The position numbers were made by a program, and so were the translations under genes. Shown here in pieces: positions 27,777-37,721 of a stretch of DNA of 64,000 bases. Positions within the stretch are counted from its first letter, which is position 1, and each line of letters opens with the position of its first letter. Source of the DNA: an uncultured virus (IMG/VR IMGVR_UViG_3300009157_000004) (taxonomy: Duplodnaviria; Heunggongvirae; Uroviricota; Caudoviricetes); IMG/VR virus record IMGVR_UViG_3300009157_000004, one strand, 5' to 3'. The notes beneath the pieces were generated by a model that made no database searches, was not told the origin of the DNA, and saw only the letters and a list, made by a program, of their open reading frames with translations.

Positions 27777-30297
27777 ATGGACAGCTGACAGTGCGCTTGC
27801 CGCATTCGAGCAATTCGTTGCAAACTACGGTTATCTCAGTGCAAACAATTATGACAAGATAGGCAAGGGTAAATGCGTAGGGTACCCTAATGGACTACCC
27901 TGCCGGCAAGTGCTTCTCACACTCACAGGTAAGACTTGGGTTGATCTAATGGGTGATGCGCCGCAGCCTGCCGCAGATACGCAGGAATATTCTAAGGATT
28001 CACTGGTACGACAGAACAAACAGTTGATGTCCCGGCTCCAGTCACACGAGGAGGCACTCAAACTATTCATCGATAACTGTTCTGCCGAGATAGCCAAGAT
28101 GAAAATCAAACCGGTAAGCATACCGAAGAATCTGCATAGCCGGGAGAACCTGGAGATGCACGGGATGCGCTCAGACGATCACGTGGGGGCCAAGATTACC
28201 CCCCAGTCCACTCAAGGTTTGGGCGGCTACGACGCAGCCACGTATAAGAAGCGGCTCAACCGCTGGGTAGAGAAGGTGCTCACGTTCAAAGAGCAGGACA
28301 GTTCTCCGCTCGGGCTCAATAAACTCGTTCTGTATTATTTGGGTGACATAGTAACAGGAGAGAATATTTACAAGGGGCAATCTTACGCGCTGGATCTGTT
28401 TCTTACAGAGCAGTTATTCTATGCGCTGGAGCTGAATACTAACGTCATCCTGGGCCTTGCCGGAATCTTCAACAGCGTTGAGATCTTCTGTTGCCCCCCT
28501 GAGACACAGATTAAGATGAGCGATCTGAATACCAAAAATATAGCTGATATCCAAAATGGGGACGAAGTTCTTACGCATACCGGAAAGAAGAAGAAAGTTA
28601 CAAAAATAATGTCGCGTCAAGTTTCTGGTAATTCTCTCGTCGAGTTGATGTTTGAGGGCATTTATGATTACCCTCTTCGAGTTACACCTGAGCACCCAAT
28701 TCTCGCCATAAAACGTAACAGTCTTGCCTGTAAGATCGAAAACTGGAAAAAAAGAGATGCAGTATGTTGGCTTAAACCTGAAGATAAAAAATCTTATTAT
28801 CCCTGTAAGAACTGTAAAGAACGGCGAGGTGAGGTTATCCCCCAGTTCTATCCCGCTTCAGAATTAGTAGAAGGGGATTATCTAGCTGTGCCTGTTCAAC
28901 AAGAGTTTGACTTCGATTCTAAATTTGAGGTTATTGATCTATACGATTATCTCGGTACGCGGATTACCAAGGAATTAAAAGGTAGAGTTGGACTCTGGCA
29001 TACACATACAGATAAAATGTTGCCTAGAATTATACCTCTTACCCCAGACTTTATGCGGCTTTTGGGGTATTTTCTAGCGGAGGGGCACCTTATAAGCGGC
29101 AGGGAAAATCGTGTGGGTATCTGTTTCACCTTCAATCAGAAAGAAGAAAATTATCTTTTAGATATTGAAGATATCTTGAAACGTGAATTAGGTTTGTCTT
29201 CTTATCGAATTTACAAACCCGCTTCGCACGTTACGCAACTTATGGTAGGCAGTAACGTGCTTGCGGAGTTATTCGAAATACTTTGTGGGTCTGGTGCGGG
29301 AAATAAACGTTTGCACTCAAAATTGACTTCTTTGCGACCCGCATTATTATTGGAAACTGTTAGAGGATGGTTTTATGGAGACGGGTGCTTTGGGAAGGGG
29401 TCAGAAGGTGACACTCTTGTAGGCGTAACTATATCTAAAACCCTAAAAGAACAACTAGTAACAATTCTTATCAATAACAAAATACCAGTTTCAGTTTCTT
29501 ACCGGAAAGCTGTTAGCAACGTTCGGAATCAGACTCTAAAAAGTATTACCTATCACTCTAAAGCCTACACTCTCGGAGTTTTCGGTAGTTTTATTAATCT
29601 TATCCATAAGGGATTCAGTTCTCAACTTGATAGCCGAAGCCGGATAAAATATTATGATAAGTATCTCTTCACGGAGCTAAAAACTAAAACCGAAGTGGAG
29701 TATTCTGGCCCTGTCTATAATTTTACTGTAGAGGATGACGAGAGTTATATTGCAAATAATATTGCAGTCCACAATTGTGCGATAGGCAATCATGGCCGGC
29801 CTGGAGCGAAGGGCGAGAACCATTACCTGACCAATTTCGACTATCTGCTGTACCGAATGCTTCAGATGTCGCTCCGGTCGCAGGAGAACGTCAAGGTATT
29901 CGTCAGTGAATCGCCTGAGATGCTGGTGCGCAACGGGGACTTTAACTTTCACTTGTCCCACGGCGAGAAGGTAATGAGCTATTCGGGTACGCCTTATTAT
30001 GGCCTGGATAGAAAGTACCGTAAGCTCGCGAATCTATACAACATGATCGTTAATTATCAGCTTATCGGGCACTTCCATTCCCCTGCCCAGCTCAGTGAGC
30101 ATATACTTATTAATGGGAGTCTGGTGGGAGGGGATGACTTGAGTATCAACCGGATGTCGCAGTCCACCGTGCCCAGCCAGAAGATCTTCTATATGCATCC
30201 GAAGCACGGGATTAACCGGGTCAGTGATCTGTACTTAGATACGATGCCGATACTGACACCGGATCTGGATGGGATCTATACACCAAATATTAAGTGA
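27766..30297 (+). CDS. calcineurin-like metallophosphoesterase precursor containing an intein
   Basis: SDDHVG, LGDIVTGE, GNHGR, SHGE, GHFH motifs; AGGAGG RBS favours ATG 27766 over 27562. Confidence 0.85.
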   Translation: MTTKWTADSALAAFEQFVANYGYLSANNYDKIGKGKCVGYPNGLPCRQVLLTLTGKTWVDLMGDAPQPAADTQEYSKDSLVRQNKQLMSRLQSHEEALKLFIDNCSAEIAKMKIKPVSIPKNLHSRENLEMHGMRSDDHVGAKITPQSTQGLGGYDAATYKKRLNRWVEKVLTFKEQDSSPLGLNKLVLYYLGDIVTGENIYKGQSYALDLFLTEQLFYALELNTNVILGLAGIFNSVEIFCCPPETQIKMSDLNTKNIADIQNGDEVLTHTGKKKKVTKIMSRQVSGNSLVELMFEGIYDYPLRVTPEHPILAIKRNSLACKIENWKKRDAVCWLKPEDKKSYYPCKNCKERRGEVIPQFYPASELVEGDYLAVPVQQEFDFDSKFEVIDLYDYLGTRITKELKGRVGLWHTHTDKMLPRIIPLTPDFMRLLGYFLAEGHLISGRENRVGICFTFNQKEENYLLDIEDILKRELGLSSYRIYKPASHVTQLMVGSNVLAELFEILCGSGAGNKRLHSKLTSLRPALLLETVRGWFYGDGCFGKGSEGDTLVGVTISKTLKEQLVTILINNKIPVSVSYRKAVSNVRNQTLKSITYHSKAYTLGVFGSFINLIHKGFSSQLDSRSRIKYYDKYLFTELKTKTEVEYSGPVYNFTVEDDESYIANNIAVHNCAIGNHGRPGAKGENHYLTNFDYLLYRMLQMSLRSQENVKVFVSESPEMLVRNGDFNFHLSHGEKVMSYSGTPYYGLDRKYRKLANLYNMIVNYQLIGHFHSPAQLSEHILINGSLVGGDDLSINRMSQSTVPSQKIFYMHPKHGINRVSDLYLDTMPILTPDLDGIYTPNIK
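28489..29775 (+). mobile_element. intein with LAGLIDADG homing endonuclease (429 aa)
   Basis: starts CCPPETQI, block B TPEHP, LLGYFLAEG and RGWFYGDG motifs, ends VYNFTVEDDESYIANNIAVHN followed by Cys; visibly AT-richer than flanks. Confidence 0.92.
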
Positions 30298-30306
30298 GAG
30301 GGGAGT

Positions 30307-30501
30307 ATGGCTACACTAAAATTCACAAATCTCAAAGGTGAGAAAATCGAGATCGTGTTGCTGGCTTACTGTTTTTGTGACGGAAAGAGTATAGACGACT
30401 GGGATAGCCGTTTCGAGAGAACTTTCATGGATATGATTCTCGAAGAAGCCCAACAACAAGATAAGCTGGAAGGTAGAACAACCATTTACGAAAGATCTTA
30501 G
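30307..30501 (+). CDS. hypothetical protein
   Basis: 64 aa, GGGGAG RBS. Confidence 0.6.
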   Translation: MATLKFTNLKGEKIEIVLLAYCFCDGKSIDDWDSRFERTFMDMILEEAQQQDKLEGRTTIYERS

Positions 30502-30502
30502 A

Positions 30503-30883
30503 TTGAGGCTAAGTATGACCTTCGCACTCTCCTATTCCAAGACGAATTACTACCTCGCCAGGATACGCAAATACCTGCGCGAGGAGGATCATTTTGTCAA
30601 GCTTAATAGTAAACTCAAATGGCAGAACAAGGCAAGGGAGTTTGACCCTACGATCACTGCGATTCGAAAAGGCGATAAGATTATAATGAGTTCAGGATTC
30701 GAAGTGTTGCAGCTTAACCCGTGTAAGGATATAATGGCAACACTGATACACGAATCACTTCACGGACTTTATTATGACACGCCCGAGAAGCGGATTATTG
30801 AATTGGAGAATGCGATTATGGCAAAGGCGACTGATAGACAGTTTAAGAATTTACTTAAGATAATGGTTGACAAATTGATATAG
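30503..30883 (+). CDS. small HExxH protein (possible zincin)
   Basis: TLIHESLH motif followed by downstream E. Confidence 0.55.
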   Translation: MRLSMTFALSYSKTNYYLARIRKYLREEDHFVKLNSKLKWQNKAREFDPTITAIRKGDKIIMSSGFEVLQLNPCKDIMATLIHESLHGLYYDTPEKRIIELENAIMAKATDRQFKNLLKIMVDKLI

Positions 30884-30896
30884 CGCAGTGTAGTAT
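30867..30896 (+). promoter_or_regulatory. sigma70-type promoter
   Basis: TTGACA-N18-TAGTAT at end of previous ORF, ahead of structured leader. Confidence 0.6.
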
Positions 30897-30972
30897 TGTC
30901 CCCACGTACGACTGTACTTCGATATCCGTAGAGTACAGTATCTGGGATAAAAGCTGTATACAAAGGAGAATT

Positions 30973-31206
30973 ATGCAAGTTAGAATCTTAACAGACGGAA
31001 AAATATATCGCATTCAGCGTAAGCGCTGGTACGGGTGGAGATGGTTGGGTTTCCGGAAAACACAGGAAGGGAGCTGCTCGTCCGAATGCGGGCCTACCTC
31101 TTTCTATTACGCTTGGGATTTTACCAGCAGGGAAGCATGTATAACTTGGCTCGGAGTACAATATGGGAAGTCTGCTGAACTAGTCAGTTCATGGAGGGAA
31201 TGCTAA
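30973..31206 (+). CDS. hypothetical protein
   Basis: 77 aa, AAGGAG RBS, YRIQRKRWYGWRW. Confidence 0.65.
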   Translation: MQVRILTDGKIYRIQRKRWYGWRWLGFRKTQEGSCSSECGPTSFYYAWDFTSREACITWLGVQYGKSAELVSSWREC

Positions 31207-31451
31207 TGCCTAAGTTAATAATCGAGATCCGATTAAACATAACCTCAGATGCGATCCAGGTCGAGAGCGTGATCCAGGAGGAAGAGATTCCTAAGCCGGT
31301 GAGTAACGCACTCGAACCTTGTATAGAAGATCTGGACGAATTTAAGCCTATTACTCTTCTGCTTCCTGACACTACGCCTACACCGTATGAATTTATACGT
31401 GCCAGAACGCTCCAAGAGATGCAGAGGTGTGCTGGTGTATCAGTTGACTAA
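31191..31451 (+). CDS. hypothetical protein
   Basis: 86-aa ORF in tightly packed operon. Confidence 0.5.
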   Translation: MEGMLMPKLIIEIRLNITSDAIQVESVIQEEEIPKPVSNALEPCIEDLDEFKPITLLLPDTTPTPYEFIRARTLQEMQRCAGVSVD

Positions 31452-31651
31452 TACACTAAGACACATACTCCTATGGGTCTTCTGGCTCTGGCTTGTATCC
31501 TATAACATCTTCCTCAGCAAGGTGCTCTGGGAGACATGGGATAGACTCGATGCACTTGAACACCGCGAGCCCCGGCCTTCTATTTATATCGAAGAGGGGA
31601 CGATTTATGGCGGTAAGTCCGAGATGTATATTACAACAAAGGAGAATACGA

Positions 31652-31879
31652 ATGCCGTACAAAAAGATTAGTATAAAGATCAATAACAGGGAGAGTGTGA
31701 GTATACCAGTCGAACAACTCATCGACGTTGAAGACGTAGCGGCGTTATCCCGTGCAGTAGAACAATGCGCTAATCTCGATCATTATTTCGGTGTTATTGC
31801 TTTAACCCCAGAATACGAGTACGTGTTGGGAGAACTCGATGGCCGCAAAGTCCTCGTCCCCTACGACCCAAACAAATAA
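31652..31879 (+). CDS. hypothetical protein
   Basis: AAGGAG RBS then MPYKK within ORF 31493..31879. Confidence 0.55.
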   Translation: MPYKKISIKINNRESVSIPVEQLIDVEDVAALSRAVEQCANLDHYFGVIALTPEYEYVLGELDGRKVLVPYDPNK

Positions 31880-31899
31880 TCTATCAAGGAGAGCTTACT

Positions 31900-32439
31900 A
31901 TGGATGTAAAGGTCGGTTCAGATAACAGTCTTCAGATCGCACAACTCGAAGAAGCAGACTTCCGCGTTTCAGCTAGTGATACCAATGGCCACAGTGTTCG
32001 AGTTCAATATCGCTCACAGCCCGGGATCTTACAGCAGATCGCACGGATCATCAGCAGCAAGAAGTTCCCGCTCAAAGATGCAAGTGAGTTTCATAGACTC
32101 GCAGACGCGTTATTACTCAAGGCTCTGGAGAATTTACGCTCTGGGATACCGAGCATAATGGCGACAGTTGATGCAGTCAATGCGATAATAATGGAAGAGG
32201 AGTATTACCAGGACTTCCTCACTTTATTCGAGAAGCTTAATAAGCGTGTCGCAGAGCATATGGGACGCGGGGCCAAGGGCGAGGCGGTCAGACTCGTGCT
32301 CAAGGTTACCGAGAAGTTACGCGCAATGCCCGAGGGGTACTGGAAGGATCAGTATACCAAAGAGCTCACGATGCGCTGGGGCGGACTGATTGAAGAGGCC
32401 GGGCAGGTTAATCTGTCGCAGATGTTGGGAGAAGAGTAA
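31900..32439 (+). CDS. hypothetical protein
   Basis: 179 aa, AAGGAG RBS. Confidence 0.7.
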   Translation: MDVKVGSDNSLQIAQLEEADFRVSASDTNGHSVRVQYRSQPGILQQIARIISSKKFPLKDASEFHRLADALLLKALENLRSGIPSIMATVDAVNAIIMEEEYYQDFLTLFEKLNKRVAEHMGRGAKGEAVRLVLKVTEKLRAMPEGYWKDQYTKELTMRWGGLIEEAGQVNLSQMLGEE

Positions 32440-32440
32440 T

Positions 32441-32641
32441 ATGGTCAGAGAGTGCCCAGAATGCAAAGAGAGAATGTATAACCAGAATAGTGCTAGACAG
32501 CTATTTCTTACGGGTGCGCGTGGAGGGGATACTTGGTTCTGGAGAGAGGCAACTCTTTATTATTGCGACGCCTGCATGAACTATTTTAGTGAGGTCTCAG
32601 ACGTTATAACTTCGAAACGTTTACGACGAGAGGTGAAGTGA
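32441..32641 (+). CDS. small zinc-ribbon protein
   Basis: CPEC...CDAC; likely start MVRECPEC. Confidence 0.55.
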   Translation: MVRECPECKERMYNQNSARQLFLTGARGGDTWFWREATLYYCDACMNYFSEVSDVITSKRLRREVK

Positions 32642-32644
32642 GCA

Positions 32645-32917
32645 ATGAACTTGCCCTCATTCATGGTCTGGATGTCTTTTCGTTATTGCTTAGGCCGGAG
32701 CTCAGTCGCCCCTGGTATGTGGGTAGATTGGGCTAAAAAGAACTGGAAACGTATTCCTAGGCACGACCGTGATCTGATCGGCACAGAACTGGAACAAGCG
32801 TTTGAGCGTGACGACCGCGCACGGGTATCCTTTAAAGGGGGGATTCTCCCACTCGGTCAGATTTATGATCGTCAGCAGTGGGAGAGAGTCAGAGCACTTT
32901 ATAAAAAGGGGGAGTAA
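32645..32917 (+). CDS. hypothetical protein
   Basis: 90 aa with FRYCLGRSS motif seen in small phage proteins. Confidence 0.65.
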   Translation: MNLPSFMVWMSFRYCLGRSSVAPGMWVDWAKKNWKRIPRHDRDLIGTELEQAFERDDRARVSFKGGILPLGQIYDRQQWERVRALYKKGE

Positions 32918-33162
32918 TGGGGACCGTCCGAGACAGTCTTATATCCGCAATGTTTCCAGAAGGGGGCAAGGATATTGCTATCGACTTCCCACTTGAAGCG
33001 CGATGGCTACTCGACGACATCGAGAAAGTACGTATTAAACGCTTACCCGAAGGCCCACCTTTTCTCTACGAGATCCGCCCTTACCCAAATGAGGAGTATG
33101 CGGAGAACTGGTGCCACTGGTTAGGGTATTACTATTTAACAGAGAGGGGATTAACATGTTAG
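32917..33162 (+). CDS. hypothetical protein
   Basis: 81 aa, coupled to neighbours. Confidence 0.55.
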   Translation: MGTVRDSLISAMFPEGGKDIAIDFPLEARWLLDDIEKVRIKRLPEGPPFLYEIRPYPNEEYAENWCHWLGYYYLTERGLTC

Positions 33163-33362
33163 TCGAATTCAAAGCAGAGATCGCGCCGGGTGTAACTCAC
33201 TCGGAGATTATAGACACCGAGGAGCTTCGGCGCGAACACGGGATCTCGTATCGATGGGACGAGTATAGCGAGAGCTTCCGCAATTCATTAGTATTCGACT
33301 GGTGGGAGAAACTCAATAGCCGCGTGAAGTTGAGTTACGAAGAGGTCATGCCGCGTGGTTGA
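33156..33362 (+). CDS. hypothetical protein
   Basis: GAGGGG RBS then MLVEFK. Confidence 0.55.
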   Translation: MLVEFKAEIAPGVTHSEIIDTEELRREHGISYRWDEYSESFRNSLVFDWWEKLNSRVKLSYEEVMPRG

Positions 33363-34920
33363 TTATCCGGCTCCGTACGAGTTTGGATTACCGGAGAAGT
33401 TCAAGAGCTGGTATCCACGCCAATTTGAAGCGGTGCAAGAGGTTCTCAGCAAACCGAATCGCTTCTTTACAGGTATCCTGAGTACTGGCTCCGGAAAATC
33501 GCTAACGTATATGGCGGCTGCTCAGATGGCCGGCTACCGTACCGCTATCCTAACTGGCACTAAAGCACTACAAACACAACTGCTCAGGGATTTTGCGCCT
33601 ATGGGCTTGACAGATGTAAGAGGGAAAAATGCCTACTATTGTCTTCTCGAATCAGACGGAACGAGGTGCAACGAAGGACTCTGTATCACTGGTTTCCAAT
33701 GTCCTGAACGCCTTTCGAAAACCTGTCCATATTACAGGGCGATTGACCGGGCAATCCAATCTCAGCTCGTCATTACCAACTACCACTTCTGGATGTATAA
33801 TCACCTATATGGAGAAGGGCTCGGAAAGTTCGATCTTCTGGTTCTCGACGAAGCCCATAACATTCCTCAGATTGTGGCTGATTTCCTTACTGTTACGCTT
33901 CCTCGCAATCATCCTGTAACATGTGGCTTCTTACCCAAACTGATCTCGGATAAGCTGGAGTTCTGGCAATCCTGGGCCAGAGAGACAGAACCATACGTAG
34001 ATAAAGAGATCGAGTATATCCGGGGCCAAGCTGCGAGTACCGGGGGCAGAGTAACGTCCGCGTCTCGAAGCGCACTCGCGCAGTTGAACTCACTGAAGAA
34101 CTCACTCACTCAGATCCCCAAGATGGACAAGGACTGGATACTCGAGATCTCCGAACATCAGATCCAATTCGCCCCGAAGTGGCCCAAGGAATACTGCGAA
34201 GGGGTACTGTTCAAGAATATACCTAATGTCGTGTTTATGTCCGCTACAGTGTGCAAGAAGACGATTGATCTGCTGGGGGTTAAGCCGGAATCAAACACCA
34301 TTGTCGAATATCCTTCGACATTCCCTGTCAAAAACCGTATGCTGTGGCACATACCCACGCTGAAGATGAATAACAATAACACAGATACAGATCAGAAACG
34401 CTGGTTGTCAAGGATAGATCAGATCTTAGACGGCAGATTAGACAGGAAGGGGATCATACATACGGTGAGTTATAAACGCCGGGACTATTTGTTAACGCAT
34501 AGCCGGCACCGGGACCTGATGCTGAGTCATGCCCCAGATGATCTGGAGAAGGTAGTGAGTAAGTTCAAACAGAGCTTGGAGCCTGCGATCCTGGTGAGCC
34601 CTAGTCTGACTACCGGTTATGACTTTGACCATGAGTCGTGCAGGTTTCAGATTATAGGCAAGGTTGCATTCCCGGATATGTCGAGCCCGATACTCAAAGC
34701 AAGATTGGAGGATGATCCGGACTATTCTGCGTATCTTGCGATCCAATCGCTTATTCAGACAGTAGGCCGGGCTACACGGGCACCGGATGACTGGAGCGAG
34801 AACTTTATTATAGACGACAATGTGCGGTGGATATTAAGTGCGTACAAAGATTTCAGCCCAGCGTGGTTCAGAGCAGCATTTAAAACAACAGATATAATAC
34901 CGACAGCGAGGGAGTTGTGA
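33355..34920 (+). CDS. DinG/XPD-family SF2 helicase
   Basis: STGSGKS Walker A, Cys cluster (Fe-S-like), LDEAH, MSAT, QTVGRATRAPDD. Confidence 0.88.
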   Translation: MVDYPAPYEFGLPEKFKSWYPRQFEAVQEVLSKPNRFFTGILSTGSGKSLTYMAAAQMAGYRTAILTGTKALQTQLLRDFAPMGLTDVRGKNAYYCLLESDGTRCNEGLCITGFQCPERLSKTCPYYRAIDRAIQSQLVITNYHFWMYNHLYGEGLGKFDLLVLDEAHNIPQIVADFLTVTLPRNHPVTCGFLPKLISDKLEFWQSWARETEPYVDKEIEYIRGQAASTGGRVTSASRSALAQLNSLKNSLTQIPKMDKDWILEISEHQIQFAPKWPKEYCEGVLFKNIPNVVFMSATVCKKTIDLLGVKPESNTIVEYPSTFPVKNRMLWHIPTLKMNNNNTDTDQKRWLSRIDQILDGRLDRKGIIHTVSYKRRDYLLTHSRHRDLMLSHAPDDLEKVVSKFKQSLEPAILVSPSLTTGYDFDHESCRFQIIGKVAFPDMSSPILKARLEDDPDYSAYLAIQSLIQTVGRATRAPDDWSENFIIDDNVRWILSAYKDFSPAWFRAAFKTTDIIPTAREL

Positions 34921-35060
34921 GAGACGGATTGTACCAAGTAACCTATAAAGGAATCTGCGCAGCTTTTGTGCTAAAGACCGATAGAGTCATACGCTGTGCA
35001 CCTATTCTATACAGTCGCTTAAGTTTCTGGAAAACTATTGCGAGGTTTGTAACAGAATGA
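34917..35060 (+). CDS. small hypothetical protein (47 aa)
   Basis: GTG start, RDGLYQVTYKGICAAFV...CAPILY...; overlaps both neighbours by 4 nt. Confidence 0.55.
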   Translation: MRDGLYQVTYKGICAAFVLKTDRVIRCAPILYSRLSFWKTIARFVTE

Positions 35061-35383
35061 GGATCTACTTAGCCGGACCATTCTACCACAAGTGCCCTGC
35101 GATAATGGAGATGCGGTTCTTGATGCTTAATTATAAAGCAGGAGAGCTGATCCGCGATGGCCATATCGTGTTCAGCCCTATCAGTCATTCATGGCCTATA
35201 CAGAAAGAGGGGTTGACGGAGCACACGCATGAGGTATGGCTGAAGCAGGACTACGCATTCATCGAGTGGTGCGATGAGCTGTGGGTACTCGATCTGCCAG
35301 GGTGGGAGGAATCATTCGGCGTAAGTAGAGAAGTAGAGTATGCAACTTCTCTCCACAAACCTGCTCAGTTAATAGGGTTCTAA
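35057..35383 (+). CDS. nucleoside deoxyribosyltransferase-like protein (DUF1937/DUF4406 type)
   Basis: IYLAGPF...FSPISHS...CDELWVL..PGWEESFGVSREV. Confidence 0.75.
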   Translation: MRIYLAGPFYHKCPAIMEMRFLMLNYKAGELIRDGHIVFSPISHSWPIQKEGLTEHTHEVWLKQDYAFIEWCDELWVLDLPGWEESFGVSREVEYATSLHKPAQLIGF

Positions 35384-35384
35384 T

Positions 35385-35870
35385 ATGGAAACTACAATTT
35401 ACGAATTCCAAGGCTTATACCGCTATTTATCTAATTTCTACCCTTTGCGTTTTCCTATAACAGATGAGTATGGAATAAGCTATCCAACAGTCGAACATGC
35501 TTTTCAAGCCGCTAAAACTCTTGATAGAGGCCGTCGCGCAGACATCTCCAATAGAAAAACGCCTTCGGAGGCAAAGAAGCTGGGTCGGACTCTGAGTTTA
35601 CGCCCCGATTGGGAAGACGTTAAAGTAGAACTTATGTATGGGTTTCTCACACAGAAATTTGTCCTGAATGAAGATCTTCGAATTAAGTTGTGTGCTACAG
35701 GTTCAGCGCAACTGATAGAAGGTAATACATGGGGGGATAGATTCTGGGGGATCTGCAACGGTACAGGTTTGAATATACTGGGGGAATGCTTAATGGCTAT
35801 ACGAGAGGGGTTTAGATATGGAACAACTCGTCGCCGATATAGTCGAGAAGATCTACGGCTCTCAAAATAA
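35385..35870 (+). CDS. NADAR (YbiA-like) family protein
   Basis: LSNFY...YPTVEHAFQAAK...AKKLGR...LIEGNTWGDRFWG...NILGECLM. Confidence 0.9.
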   Translation: METTIYEFQGLYRYLSNFYPLRFPITDEYGISYPTVEHAFQAAKTLDRGRRADISNRKTPSEAKKLGRTLSLRPDWEDVKVELMYGFLTQKFVLNEDLRIKLCATGSAQLIEGNTWGDRFWGICNGTGLNILGECLMAIREGFRYGTTRRRYSREDLRLSK

Positions 35871-36015
35871 GTTCTTGACAGAATACACTCGAAGTCCTAA
35901 AATAGTGCTTCGTAGGGTGGCAGGTCGTATGAAAGTGGTGCCTATTAATCTGCGGACAATTCTCAGGGAGTTCTTTGAGGGTCTCGCAGATGGGCACCCG
36001 GACTTAAAAGCATAA
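35818..36015 (+). CDS. hypothetical protein
   Basis: 65 aa, GAGGGG RBS. Confidence 0.5.
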   Translation: MEQLVADIVEKIYGSQNKFLTEYTRSPKIVLRRVAGRMKVVPINLRTILREFFEGLADGHPDLKA

Positions 36016-36035
36016 CAATCTAAAGGAGGATTAAC

Positions 36036-36296
36036 ATGGACGAACAACGAATCACCAAAGCAGTATTAGCCGAAATCAAACAACAACTCGAGGGGCTGGT
36101 AGATACCTACAGCGACATGCTTAACACAGCGTTTATTCGCAACGACACCGACAAGTTCGAGATCAAATTCAAGACAGTGCTCGAAGCGGATAACGCAGCG
36201 ATGAACGTGACGACCGAGATCTCATTCAAACCTATGCCGAATATCAAGGAGAAGCTGGAGAGCAAGGTAGAGGGAGGGGCACAGACAAATGGCTAA
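36036..36296 (+). CDS. hypothetical protein
   Basis: 86 aa, AGGAGG RBS. Confidence 0.65.
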   Translation: MDEQRITKAVLAEIKQQLEGLVDTYSDMLNTAFIRNDTDKFEIKFKTVLEADNAAMNVTTEISFKPMPNIKEKLESKVEGGAQTNG

Positions 36297-36483
36297 CGCA
36301 AAACTCGCGGATATGGAAAGAATGCTTAATCAGATCGTCGATGCCTGGGAATCCTTAGCAGGGGGCAAACAGTACTCTGTGCGAGTATTCGCAGACTGGA
36401 TGAATGCGGATATGAAACCCGCAATGGACAGAGCGCGGAGACTCCTTGGTAGACAAATTCCAGGGGAAGGGGATGACGAATGA
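36289..36483 (+). CDS. hypothetical protein
   Basis: 64 aa, coupled to neighbours. Confidence 0.6.
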   Translation: MANAKLADMERMLNQIVDAWESLAGGKQYSVRVFADWMNADMKPAMDRARRLLGRQIPGEGDDE

Positions 36484-37721
36484 AAATCATCAAACTTGAA
36501 TCGCAAAACGTCAAGAAGCTCAAGGCCATCTCGATCACACCTGAATCGAACATGGTTGTCATTGGCGGCAATAACGAGCAGGGCAAGACCAGTACACTCG
36601 ATTCGATCATGTTCGCATTGGCTGGTAAGAAATCCTACGACAAGGCCCCGGTGCGCAAAGGTACGAAGTCAGCCAAGATCTCGTTAGATCTGGGCGAAGT
36701 CGGCTTACCTGAGATCCTGATCACGCGGACTATAACCGAGTCAGGCGGTGGCCAGATCTCTATCACCAATGCAGAGGGTCAGCAGTTCGCGTCGCCGCAG
36801 TCAATGCTCGACAAGTTAACCGGTAAGCTCACATTCGATCCGTTTGCATTCGCGCAGATGGAAGAGAAGAAGCAGCTGGAGACGCTTAAGCAGTTAGTCG
36901 GGCTGGACTTCACAGCATTAGATATACAGCGGCAGCAGATCTATTCGGCCCGGACTGTAGTTAACGCGGAAGTGAAATCGTTGAAAGCACGGGTCGATTC
37001 AATCCCGGTTCAGAATGCGCCTGATGAGGAAGTAAGCGTATCAGATCTGACGAATAAGCTCGGCGCAGCACAGACAGTCAACGACAACAACGAGGCCCTG
37101 CGCAACCAGATCAAAGACATCACAGCCGCAGTGGTGCGCACTGTCGCTGTTATCGATCAGCTCGAAGCCCAACTGAAAGCGGAACGTCGCGATCTCGAAC
37201 AGAACCAGAGCCTGTTAGATTCGATGACAAGCCTGGAGCTCATTGACGAACCTACTGCCCCGATCCTCCAGCAGATCCAGGACGCAGACGCGACCAATCA
37301 GAAAGTCCGTCTGAAGAAACAGCGCAAGGAGATGGAGAAGGAGCACTCGGCCAAGTTAATCGAATCCGAAGAGCTGACCCGGCAGATAGACGAGATCGAT
37401 CAGCAGAAATCGGATACGTTGTCCGCAGCGAAGTTCCCTGTCGAGGGGCTGAGTTTCGATGAGACCGGTGTATCGTTTAATGGTATCCCCTTTCCGCAGT
37501 GCAGCGGAGCCCAGCGTCTCCGTATCTCAGTCGCTATGGGTATGGCACTTAATCCGGATCTGCGCGTACTGCTGCTTCGTGATGGGAGCCTGCTCGATTC
37601 TGAGAACCTTAAGCTGATTACCGAGATGGCAGACACTGAGAACTTCCAGATATGGATGGAACGCGTAGGGGACGGGAAGGAGTGCACGGTCGTGCTGGAA
37701 GAGGGCGAGGTGCGGGGATGA
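36480..37721 (+). CDS. SMC/Rad50-like ABC ATPase with coiled coil
   Basis: GGNNEQGKTSTLD Walker A, long coiled coil, CSGAQ signature, LLRDGSLLD. Confidence 0.85.
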   Translation: MKIIKLESQNVKKLKAISITPESNMVVIGGNNEQGKTSTLDSIMFALAGKKSYDKAPVRKGTKSAKISLDLGEVGLPEILITRTITESGGGQISITNAEGQQFASPQSMLDKLTGKLTFDPFAFAQMEEKKQLETLKQLVGLDFTALDIQRQQIYSARTVVNAEVKSLKARVDSIPVQNAPDEEVSVSDLTNKLGAAQTVNDNNEALRNQIKDITAAVVRTVAVIDQLEAQLKAERRDLEQNQSLLDSMTSLELIDEPTAPILQQIQDADATNQKVRLKKQRKEMEKEHSAKLIESEELTRQIDEIDQQKSDTLSAAKFPVEGLSFDETGVSFNGIPFPQCSGAQRLRISVAMGMALNPDLRVLLLRDGSLLDSENLKLITEMADTENFQIWMERVGDGKECTVVLEEGEVRG

